This document shows positions 56,434 to 64,000 of a stretch of 64,000 nucleotides of DNA, piece by piece; position 1 is the first letter of the stretch; the number at the start of each line of letters is the position of its first letter. The stretch comes from Lacipirellulaceae bacterium (GTDB taxonomy: Bacteria > Planctomycetota > Planctomycetia > Pirellulales > Lacipirellulaceae): the NCBI GenBank assembly GCA_044868555.1, contig JBIOWO010000253.1, positions 2,009 to 66,008 on the forward strand, given 5' to 3'. The notes beneath the pieces were generated by a model. That model searched no databases. It saw only the letters and a program-made list of their open reading frames with translations, and had not been told where the DNA came from. A program made the position numbers and the translations under genes.

Positions 56434-56808
56434 ATGGTAGAATTGAGGAGGCCGCCGGCATGTTCGAATCAAAATGGCATGGTCCGAAAAATGGTTGCCT
56501 CACTTCGCTTACCGATTGACCGCGAGAAGCTCCGCGATTTCTGTCGCAGGTGGTCCATTTCCGAGCTTGCGGTCTTCGGGTCCGTCCTGCGCGATGACTT
56601 CCGTCCCGATAGTGACGTAGATTTTCTGGCAAGTTTTTCCGCCGATGCGCCATGGAACCTTCTTGATCAGGTGAAGATGCAGAACGAGCTGGCCGAGATC
56701 GTCGGGCGACGCGTCGATCTTCTCACGCGTGCGGCTGTGGAAAAGAGCAGGAATCCGATTCGGCGACGGGCTATCCTTGAATCAGCCGAGGTGCTTCATG
56801 TCGATTGA
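56434..56808 (+). CDS. mntA: MntA-type nucleotidyltransferase antitoxin (type VII TA)
   Basis: LAVFGSVLRDDFRPDSDVDFL is the GS-x10-D-x-D minimal NTase motif. It overlaps the downstream DUF86 gene. The start is uncertain (56434, 56479 or 56491). Confidence 0.85.
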   Translation: MVELRRPPACSNQNGMVRKMVASLRLPIDREKLRDFCRRWSISELAVFGSVLRDDFRPDSDVDFLASFSADAPWNLLDQVKMQNELAEIVGRRVDLLTRAAVEKSRNPIRRRAILESAEVLHVD

Positions 56809-57160
56809 TCGCGACCCTGCGCTTCTCATCGACATCGCGAATGCATGTGATCTGATCGGCAAATTCATCCGCGGCACTAGCAAACCCGAATTCGATGCCG
56901 ATCAAAAGTTGCAGTCTGCCCTACTTCATCAGTTGCTCATCCTTGGTGAAGCCGCTCGTCAATTATCCACCGGTTTCCGCGCTGCTCATCCAGAAGTCGA
57001 TTGGTCCGGCTACATCGGACAACGCAACGTGTTGATTCACCGCTATCTTGAAGTGGATCTGGATAAGGTCTGGCGAGTCGTCGAGGACGAAATTCCTGAG
57101 CTCCGACGATGGATCCAACCCTGGTTGCCTGACGAGTTCTTCGAAAATTCACCGCGGTAA
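56798..57160 (+). CDS. hepT: HepT (DUF86, HEPN) ribonuclease toxin
   Basis: The HEPN R-x4-H motif is in GQRNVLIHRY. It overlaps mntA by 11 nt. Confidence 0.85.
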   Translation: MSIDRDPALLIDIANACDLIGKFIRGTSKPEFDADQKLQSALLHQLLILGEAARQLSTGFRAAHPEVDWSGYIGQRNVLIHRYLEVDLDKVWRVVEDEIPELRRWIQPWLPDEFFENSPR

Positions 57161-57180
57161 CCTCGGTCCGCGAATGCAAA

Positions 57181-57747
57181 ATGCCCATTCGCACTTTCAT
57201 CGCCGTAGCCGTCTCATCCGAAATCCGCCACGGCGCCACGCGCCTCATCAGCCGCTTGCGGCCTAGCGCCGGCGACGTCAAGTGGACCGCGCCCGACAAT
57301 CTCCACTGGACGCTCCAGTTCCTGGGCGACGTCGACGATTTGGAAATCCCTGCGCTGTGCGATGCCGTCGCCACCGCCGTGAACGATATCGAGTTGTTCG
57401 ACTTGCAAGCCTGCGGCGCCGGCGCATTCCCGACCGCCGATCGCCCGCGCACACTCTGGCTCGGAGCAGGGCAGGGCGCGGATGCAATGATCGCCCTGCA
57501 GCGGGCGATTGAGCGACCGCTCAAAAAGCTCGGCTACCGCGGCGAGGACCGCCGCTTCGTGCCCCACCTCACGCTCGGCCGCGCCGGCCGGCGTGGCCAA
57601 CCGCAATCCCTGGCCGCCGAGCTCGCCGCCCTGGCCGACTTCGACGCCGGCTCCATGCTCGTCGACGAAGTCACCGTCTTCGCCAGCACGCTCACCCGCG
57701 AAGGCTCCGAGTACCGCGTCCTGGCCCATGCCCCGCTGGCTCAGTGA
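57181..57747 (+). CDS. thpR: RNA 2',3'-cyclic phosphodiesterase (2H phosphoesterase, LigT/ThpR)
   Basis: Two H-x-T-x motifs (HWTLQFLG; PHLTLGR) at the correct spacing. Confidence 0.9.
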   Translation: MPIRTFIAVAVSSEIRHGATRLISRLRPSAGDVKWTAPDNLHWTLQFLGDVDDLEIPALCDAVATAVNDIELFDLQACGAGAFPTADRPRTLWLGAGQGADAMIALQRAIERPLKKLGYRGEDRRFVPHLTLGRAGRRGQPQSLAAELAALADFDAGSMLVDEVTVFASTLTREGSEYRVLAHAPLAQ

Positions 57748-57804
57748 ACCACCCCCGCCGCCGTTCGCTGCAGCGCATGGTTAGGCCTTACGGCACTCCC
57801 GGCT

Positions 57805-58299
57805 TCATCGCTCCGCCAAGTAGGGCAGCAAATCGGTGTGCTTTCCGATCATTTTCCACTGGCCATTTTCTTTGCGGAAAGAGTTGGTGGCGCGGATGGA
57901 AACCTTCTGGCGTTCTCCTTTCGCGTTGGTATTCTCTCCCTTTTCGTAACAGCTCACGACCGCGAGATCCGTGCCTGCGATGATTCGCATATCGGCGGGC
58001 TCGACCTTGCCCCCAAGTTTCATGGCAGCCTGCGCCTCCCAATTTTCAAGCACCTGCTTCCATCCGACCTGGAACCCGCCGCCAGGCCCCATGTAGGTAA
58101 CGTCGTCTGCGTGGGACCAGACCGTCTTCATTGGCCCCAACTCACCGGTAAACATTTCGTTCAACGCGGCATAAAACTGCGCCGCGGCGTTCCTGACGGC
58201 TGTCTCGTCCTTCTCAGCCGCGAGCGCTAACTTGGCGCAAACAAGAACCGCCACCGACAAGATGGACATCGAAATCCAGACCGTCCATTTACTCTTCAT
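57805..58299 (-). CDS. secreted NTF2-like (SnoaL/DUF4440) protein
   Basis: Signal peptide MKSKWTVWISMSILSVAVLVCA. AAQFYAALNEMF..W NTF2-like core. GGAGG lies 6 nt upstream of the ATG at 58299. Confidence 0.7.
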   Translation of the reverse strand: MKSKWTVWISMSILSVAVLVCAKLALAAEKDETAVRNAAAQFYAALNEMFTGELGPMKTVWSHADDVTYMGPGGGFQVGWKQVLENWEAQAAMKLGGKVEPADMRIIAGTDLAVVSCYEKGENTNAKGERQKVSIRATNSFRKENGQWKMIGKHTDLLPYLAER

Positions 58300-58410
58300 C
58301 TTATGCCTCCGTAGTTGAAGTGAACCTGCTTCATTCATAGTGGCATTGACAATCTGCCTTACGTTGTCGCCTAATGACCGAGCTCAGCAGCGGCTTGTTC
58401 GGCGCTGCTC

Positions 58411-59004
58411 TCACGCACACTCGAAGTCCGCAACGGCCAGCACCTGGGAACACTCCGGACACTTGCCCACCAGGTTGAACCAGGTAAACAGCTCCTGCTC
58501 CCGACCGGCGAACTCGGGGAAATCGCCGTCAAACAGGTCGTCCGGGTACTCGAACCGCACGAATGTTTCGAGTGGCTGCCGCCCGCACGTGGGGCACTCG
58601 TACACGACACGCTCCCCCTGTGCGCGAACGGTGGCCGAGCCGTGTCCCAACTCCGCATCGTACCCATGCACGTCGGTGTCGAGCAACTCGGTTGTCTTCC
58701 GGCACGCCGCGCATTCCAGTCCGAGCGGGCTGAGAATAACGACCGCGTTGTTGAACTCAACGTTGACCCACCTGTGGCAGTGGACGTAGTGCCGAATACC
58801 GCCACACTGGCACGAGAGGGCGAAGACGGGGTTGATGTGTTCGGGGGCGTCGATCGTGACGCCCGGCGGAACCTCGAAGGTGAGCTGCGACATCGAGGCG
58901 TGCCCGTCAAACTCCACACCGCGCAGTTCGGTGGGCCGAGCGGTGAACCCGGCGATGCACCTCGGCGGGTGGCTCCGGAAGTAGCTGGCCTGATCCATCC
59001 GCAT
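58411..59004 (-). CDS. hypothetical Cys-rich protein (putative zinc-ribbon pairs)
   Basis: CQCG..HC, CAAC, CPTC and CPEC pairs. GGAGG lies upstream of the ATG. No family recognised. Confidence 0.55.
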   Translation of the reverse strand: MRMDQASYFRSHPPRCIAGFTARPTELRGVEFDGHASMSQLTFEVPPGVTIDAPEHINPVFALSCQCGGIRHYVHCHRWVNVEFNNAVVILSPLGLECAACRKTTELLDTDVHGYDAELGHGSATVRAQGERVVYECPTCGRQPLETFVRFEYPDDLFDGDFPEFAGREQELFTWFNLVGKCPECSQVLAVADFECA

Positions 59005-59111
59005 CTCACCTCCGCTCGCCGCACGACCAGCATCACGGGGCCGCCGCCATGCGACGTTCCAGTCAAAACCGACCGGGTCGGCGGCTCCGGTGCATGCGAT
59101 GGTTCGGCGGC

Positions 59112-59678
59112 TTACGCTTCGGGCCGTTCCGCTCTCGGCTCTGCCCGGCGGATCAGTTCGTTGGACGGCAACCCCGGATCCAGGACCTTGCGCGCCGTCT
59201 CAGCGCCCGCCACCGGCAGGCGCGCCGGGGCAAGTAACCCAAGTTGGACAAGGACCGATGCCTGATCCCAGTAGATTCGCTCGCACTGCACCTGATCGGC
59301 ATTCAACTGTACGACGACGACCAGCGGAACCTCAACCGGCCGACCGGTCGGAGGAATGCCGGGCAGCATCCAGTCCATCTCGATGTCGTGGGTGAACGCG
59401 AAGATCATCTCATCGATGACCCGTTCTTGCCCCACCGTGCGACAAACCGGCGTGAGTCGGGTATCGGCAGGCATTTTCGGGATAAAGTGTCGGCCGTAAA
59501 ACGTCAGCATCTCAGTCCGGCCACGTCCGCCGGTCATCACGGGAACGTGATTGACGTAATTGTCGTCCGACATCGTCGCGACTGTGGCATCCGCGTCACG
59601 GGCCGTAAATTCGCAGCGGATATGTTCTTCCCAGATGTCAATCAATCGTTGTTCGTCGGGCGTGAACTTCGACTCCAT
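59112..59678 (-). CDS. SnoaL-like / NTF2-fold protein (ester cyclase-like)
   Basis: IDIWEEHIRCEF..VNHVPVMTGGRGR..FYG is typical of SnoaL-like cyclases. AGGAGG lies 8 nt upstream of the ATG. Confidence 0.7.
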   Translation of the reverse strand: MESKFTPDEQRLIDIWEEHIRCEFTARDADATVATMSDDNYVNHVPVMTGGRGRTEMLTFYGRHFIPKMPADTRLTPVCRTVGQERVIDEMIFAFTHDIEMDWMLPGIPPTGRPVEVPLVVVVQLNADQVQCERIYWDQASVLVQLGLLAPARLPVAGAETARKVLDPGLPSNELIRRAEPRAERPEA

Positions 59679-59882
59679 GTGAGGGCCTCCTAACGCGCGC
59701 TCTCTGTGTGCCGCCTAACAACAATCTTGAGAGGCGGGAGTGATGATGTATACAGGCGTATATCACCACGTCCCTCTGCTCCCACCGACAGCGGAAGTCC
59801 TGTCACGGCAACATCTTATCGTCGGCCAACCGCCACCGCAAGCAACTACAAAGACGATTCGGGGCCGGATAGCGTCCGGATT

Positions 59883-59983
59883 CCGGCTCCATGCTCGTCG
59901 ACGAAGTCGCCGTCTTCGCCAGCACACTCACCCGCGAAGGCTCCGAGTATCGCGTCCTGTTCCACGCCCCGCTGGCTCAGTGA
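59883..59983 (+). pseudogene. orphan duplicate of the thpR 3' end
   Basis: Aligns to 57647-57747 with about 6 mismatches in 101 nt, including the TGA. It reads GSMLVDEVAVFASTLTREGSEYRVLFHAPLAQ* and has no upstream coding body. Confidence 0.8.
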
Positions 59984-59998
59984 ATCGCCGCTTGTTCC

Positions 59999-60053
59999 GT
60001 AGCTGGATTCGCAAGAATTCAGCCCAATGTCTGAAGTCTTGTGACTTCAGCTA
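59999..60053. repeat. double-hairpin repeat gtagctggattcgcaagaattcagcc..ctgaagtcttgtgacttcagctac
   Basis: It starts 16 nt after the orphan thpR fragment. Confidence 0.85.
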
Positions 60054-60196
60054 CTCTCCGTCATCCGCTTTATTGCAGCTTCGTGACGCAAAAGTGAGGC
60101 CGTTTGGCGGCGGACCTGAAGCGGGGCCGCCGTAAAATGGACTTGGCTCCCGACCGGTGCGTTCCAGGAGCGAACACGCGGAACAGTTCCACAGGC

Positions 60197-61600
60197 ATGC
60201 GCGCATTCTCCAGAAATCGCACTGCCATTCCCTTCGTCGCGACCGCCGTGTTGGCGACCTGCTATTTAGCTCCGCGCGCCCACGCCCAACTGGGGTCCGG
60301 CTGGATCGCCACCAATCCGACCAAACGCATCCACCTCGACGACGACGTCGACCTGCAGACGTTCACCTGGACCGCGTCCAAATCGGTCTGCACTCCGACC
60401 TGCGCCGACTACAACTACGATAGCGCCACCAACACCGAAACGTTCCGCATCTTCGACTCCCGCAGCAACCGCTCTGAAATCCGCCTCCAGAACGACTATA
60501 CGACCGGTACCCATCAGTTCGAAGGCTACGTCACGTTCTTCGAGCCGCTCGAAAACGAATCGCTCTTCCAAATCTTCGGCAACTCCGGCAGCGCCGCCAC
60601 CTACGCGATGATGCGTGGTTACAACGATAACGGCGGCGAAATTCGCGTGGTGGGCGGTTCCAACGTGATCGCCTCCGGCGTCTACGGCCAGGAAGTGCGC
60701 ATCAACGTGATTCACACGCAGGACCAATACAGCAAGTGGTACGTGAACGGTGAATTGAAGCTAACCAAGAGCGATACCGACACCCTGGCGACCAATTACT
60801 GGAAGGACGGTGTCTACGGCACCACCAGCGGCAACGTCCCGGCCATTGTCGAGTGGCGCAACGTCCGCACGTTCCGCGACGGCCTGCTGCCCGACGCCAC
60901 CGCCACTCCGCCCGGCGCTTACGAAGCAGAGAATGCCCTCCTCAGCGGCCCCCTCATCGCCAGCAACAACGCCGGGTTCTCCGGCTCCGGCTTTGCCGAC
61001 TACACCAACCCCAGCGGCGATTACATCGACTGGACGGTGACAGCCACCGCAGCCGGTCTGTACGACCTCAGCTTCCGCTACGCCCTGCAAAGCGGTAACC
61101 GTCCGCTCGCGATCCAGGTGAACGGAGAAACCGTCAGCGCCTCGCTCGGTTACCCGTCCACGGGCGCGTGGGACGCCTGGACCTATATCACTCTCCCTTC
61201 GCAGTATTTGCAGGCCGGCAGCAACACCATCCGCGCCACCGCGATCGGCTCCAGCGGCCCCAATATGGACCACCTCCTCTTGTCCGCCGGCCTCGACGGC
61301 GACCTCAACAAGGATGGCGTTCTCAACGTCGCCGACTGGACCATGTTCAAGCAGGGTCAGGGCACCAACTTCACCGGCATGGCGGCCTCCCAGAGATATT
61401 TCCTCGGCGATTTGAACGGCGACTCCCTCCACGACCTGGCCGATTTCGCCCGCTTCCGCCTTTCCTACGACACCGAGAACGGCTCCGAAGCGTTCGCCCA
61501 AATGCTCGCCGCCGTCCCCGAGCCCACGACCCGGATGTTCATCACTGTCGCGCTCATTTCAGCCCTGACGATCATTCGCCCGAACACAAAATCTCACTAG
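60197..61600 (+). CDS. PL7-like (concanavalin-fold) lyase domain + CBM6/35-like + dockerin-like + PEP-CTERM
   Basis: RSEIRL, QIFG and YWKDGVYG are PL7-like strands. YEAENA..FSGSGFADY is CBM-like. DLNKDGVLNVADW..DLNGDS follows. The C-terminus reads VPEPTTRMFITVALISAL. The start is taken at MRAFSRN. Confidence 0.7.
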   Translation: MRAFSRNRTAIPFVATAVLATCYLAPRAHAQLGSGWIATNPTKRIHLDDDVDLQTFTWTASKSVCTPTCADYNYDSATNTETFRIFDSRSNRSEIRLQNDYTTGTHQFEGYVTFFEPLENESLFQIFGNSGSAATYAMMRGYNDNGGEIRVVGGSNVIASGVYGQEVRINVIHTQDQYSKWYVNGELKLTKSDTDTLATNYWKDGVYGTTSGNVPAIVEWRNVRTFRDGLLPDATATPPGAYEAENALLSGPLIASNNAGFSGSGFADYTNPSGDYIDWTVTATAAGLYDLSFRYALQSGNRPLAIQVNGETVSASLGYPSTGAWDAWTYITLPSQYLQAGSNTIRATAIGSSGPNMDHLLLSAGLDGDLNKDGVLNVADWTMFKQGQGTNFTGMAASQRYFLGDLNGDSLHDLADFARFRLSYDTENGSEAFAQMLAAVPEPTTRMFITVALISALTIIRPNTKSH

Positions 61601-61630
61601 GAGCGAGCCGGGCCGTCCCCGGCCCCGATC

Positions 61631-63514
61631 ATGCCCCGTCGATTTGCCCAACGTCTGCTTTTCGCCCTCAGCGCGCTCTTCCTCGCCCTCGCGCTGCATT
61701 ACCCAGTTCGGGCAGCGCTGCGCACCGTTAACGTCGGCAATAATTCACAGCTCACTACCGCCCTCTCCACGGCGCTGCCAGGCGACGAAATCATCCTGGC
61801 TAACGGCAATTATGCCGGCTTTACGATGACCCGCAGTGGCCTTGGTCCCGAACCCAACAATTTGATCAAGATCAAGGCGCAAAACCAAGGTGGAGCTGTT
61901 ATCAACTCCGGCGTCATCCATTTCAACAATACGGCCCACGTCACCGTCGAGGGGCTTACGATCACGACCCCCGGCGCCGTGCGAACATTCGACAACGTCA
62001 GTTGGAATGTCGGCGTCCTATTTCAAAGTGCCGATTACAGCCAATTGACCCGCTCCACGCTCATGCTCAGCGGGCAACCCGCCAACACCTATTGGGTTAT
62101 GCTGGCCGGCGACAGCAACCACAACCGCATCGACCACAATGAGATCGGCCCCGACCCCGGGAGTGGCATCTATATCTACACGCGCGGGAATCCGAACATC
62201 CCTGGCGTCACCTTCACACCCTCGGTAGACCGCGGCCCCTGGGCCCACGGCCTTGGTCCCTACAACCCGAACATGGCCCGCAATACCCGCATCGACCACA
62301 ACTATATCCATGGTCACACCAATCGCGAGTCGCTCATCCTGGGTGGCATCGGCATGACCGGCGATTATCAGGACACGGCCACGGTCGTCGAATACAACCT
62401 GTTCGAGAACAACGCCGGCGACAGTGAGTTGATCTCGATCAAGACCTCCGGCTCCACGATTCGCTACAACACGGTGCGCGACGGCTATGGCGCCATCGTC
62501 AACCGCGCCGGCAACGGGAGCCGCATCTATGGAAACACGATGCTGCAGGGCGGCGCCGCCGGCAGCGCGGGCATTCGCCTCCACGAGATGAATCATGAGG
62601 TTTACAACAATTACATCGAGAACACCGACGACTTCGGCATCCAAGTCTACGAAGGCGATCTTTACGACGAGAGTAATGGCATCACCTTCACTCATGCCCA
62701 AGTGGTGAATGCAAAAATCACGCACAACACGATCGTAAATCCCGGCGCCCAGGCCATCCGAATTGGCGCGGGTGGTAACGTGCTGCCCCCGCGCGACTCA
62801 GTCATCGCCAACAACATTCTCATGGGAAGCGGCACCCTCTTTACCGAGAACACGTCGAACCCTGCCATCAACATGACCTACTCGCAGAACATCGTCTGGA
62901 CGCAGAATCCCAACAAGGCCGGTTTCCTCGTCGTGAATCCGCAACTGACGACGGTCGGCGAGCTGCAAGAACTCTCCGCGTCCAGCCCCGCGATCAATGC
63001 GGCCAATCAGAATTACTCGTCGTCCGTGACCGAAGACATGGACGGCCAGCTCCGCGACGCCCTCCGCGACATCGGCGCCGACGAATTCAGCGGCGGCATC
63101 GTCCGCCTGCGCCCCTTGACCGCCGCCGACGTCGGCCCCTTGGCCGCCAGTCTCGACGCCGATCTCAACCAGGACGGCTTTCTGAATCAGGCCGACTGGA
63201 CACTTTTCAAAGCCGGCCAGGGAATGAATTTCGCCGGCCTCACGCCCGTGCAGTCCTATTTCCTCGGCGATCTGAACGGCGACCTGGAACACGACCTGGT
63301 CGACTTCGCCCTCTTCCGACTCTCCTACGAGGAAACCAACGGCGCTGACGCCTTCGCCCAAATGCTTGCCACGATCCCTGAACCCACGACGCTGCTCCTG
63401 ACTTCCCTCGCGCTGCTCGCAACGCTCACTCAGCAGCGAGCCGGGTCGTCCGCTCGGCTGAGCTCGCCGAAGTCCCGACCCCGATATATCGCCGCCACAC
63501 GGCACGCCTGCTAA
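61631..63514 (+). CDS. PL6-like right-handed beta-helix lyase + dockerin-like + PEP-CTERM
   Basis: N-terminal LTTALSTALPGDEIILANGNYAG and ELISIKTSGSTIRYNTVRDGYGAIVNRAGNG are chondroitinase-B/PL6-like. DLNQDGFLNQADW..DLNGDLEHD follows, then IPEPTTLLLTSLALLATL. The last approx 25 codons are repeat-derived. Confidence 0.75.
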   Translation: MPRRFAQRLLFALSALFLALALHYPVRAALRTVNVGNNSQLTTALSTALPGDEIILANGNYAGFTMTRSGLGPEPNNLIKIKAQNQGGAVINSGVIHFNNTAHVTVEGLTITTPGAVRTFDNVSWNVGVLFQSADYSQLTRSTLMLSGQPANTYWVMLAGDSNHNRIDHNEIGPDPGSGIYIYTRGNPNIPGVTFTPSVDRGPWAHGLGPYNPNMARNTRIDHNYIHGHTNRESLILGGIGMTGDYQDTATVVEYNLFENNAGDSELISIKTSGSTIRYNTVRDGYGAIVNRAGNGSRIYGNTMLQGGAAGSAGIRLHEMNHEVYNNYIENTDDFGIQVYEGDLYDESNGITFTHAQVVNAKITHNTIVNPGAQAIRIGAGGNVLPPRDSVIANNILMGSGTLFTENTSNPAINMTYSQNIVWTQNPNKAGFLVVNPQLTTVGELQELSASSPAINAANQNYSSSVTEDMDGQLRDALRDIGADEFSGGIVRLRPLTAADVGPLAASLDADLNQDGFLNQADWTLFKAGQGMNFAGLTPVQSYFLGDLNGDLEHDLVDFALFRLSYEETNGADAFAQMLATIPEPTTLLLTSLALLATLTQQRAGSSARLSSPKSRPRYIAATRHAC

Positions 63515-63846
63515 TCGACACGAGCGCCGCCCCACTTCAGCTCCGAAGGAGCGAAATTCAATAGCCCAGGGCAAGGCCAAGCGAGCCCGGCGAGCGCAGG
63601 CCGTCGCCCTGGGACATCCCACCAACAAGAAACAAAAGCCCTGAAAGGGCGAAACAGCGTTTAACCACCGCCGGGCTCTCTCTTATCTCCATGCTCACCG
63701 TTCCCTGCTCCAAGCTTTCCGCGCGGTGGTATAATCGGCCCGCATGGACCGCCCCCGCCCACTCCGTCAACTTCGCGGGGCAACTTTTCTCAGCTTGTGC
63801 TAGGACTGGCGGCAGGCTACTGAGATTTGGTGAAAGGTCGTCAGCG

Positions 63847-64000
63847 ATGCCTCAACTGATCTGGGACGAGACAGAGTTTCTAGACTGTCTGGAAGTTGAA
63901 CCGACTATCGACGAGTACGAGACTGGTCATCACTACACCGTAGCGAAGGATGGTCTCCGGTTGGAATTGTCGGTGTTCCAACTTTCCAGTGACATTTGCA
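63847..64000 (+). CDS. hypothetical protein, 5' fragment (continues beyond window)
   Basis: An open frame runs from the ATG at 63847 (MPQLIWDETEFLDCLEVEPTIDEYETGHHY...) to the window edge, in AT-richer DNA. A TG-n-TATAAT extended -10 box is at 63727-63735. Confidence 0.3.
   Translation, partial: MPQLIWDETEFLDCLEVEPTIDEYETGHHYTVAKDGLRLELSVFQLSSDIC

Overview
High-GC bacterial chromosomal segment. Gene content points to Planctomycetota, probably Pirellulales-like (inference): DUF1559 pseudopilin-like proteins, many secreted enzymes with dockerin-like plus PEP-CTERM tails, a secretin-N-domain protein, McsAB, and dense families of short palindromic repeats. I support about 55 CDS. Housekeeping: sodA, gltX, glnS, trpE, an IDH/IPMDH-family dehydrogenase, cls, queD, algH/yqgE, a PfkB kinase. 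Signalling: a histidine kinase fragment with a NarL-type regulator, an HD/PAS/GGDEF protein, two tandem PAS-like/LuxR paralogs. Also a motAB stator, two RNA-repair enzymes (rtcB, thpR), four toxin-antitoxin-type modules (AbiEii-like NTase, HigBA-like, HicBA, MntA-HepT) and PL7-like and PL6-like lyases. I saw no rRNA, tRNA, CRISPR array, integrase or transposase. Main findings: (1) rtcB sits behind tandem sigma54-type -24/-12 motifs. It is followed in the same operon by a DUF1814/AbiEii-type nucleotidyltransferase and an overlapping 106-aa unknown ORF. An orphan terminator-ended non-coding unit lies divergently upstream. (2) mntA-hepT is packed directly against thpR, so both RNA-repair genes in the window adjoin RNA-targeting toxin-type genes. 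(3) Three AT-richer insertions (10152-10817, 42482-45328, 57748-59881) are each flanked by the 3' end of a gene (vWA gene, glnS, thpR) and a diverged second copy of that 3' end. No recombinase is present. (4) At least ten families of palindromic repeats occur, some in frame inside glnS and a YjbR-like gene, some supplying the stop codons of gltX and trpE, and one forming a large hairpin between motA and motB. All coordinates, alignments and GC impressions were derived by eye, and no database search was possible.
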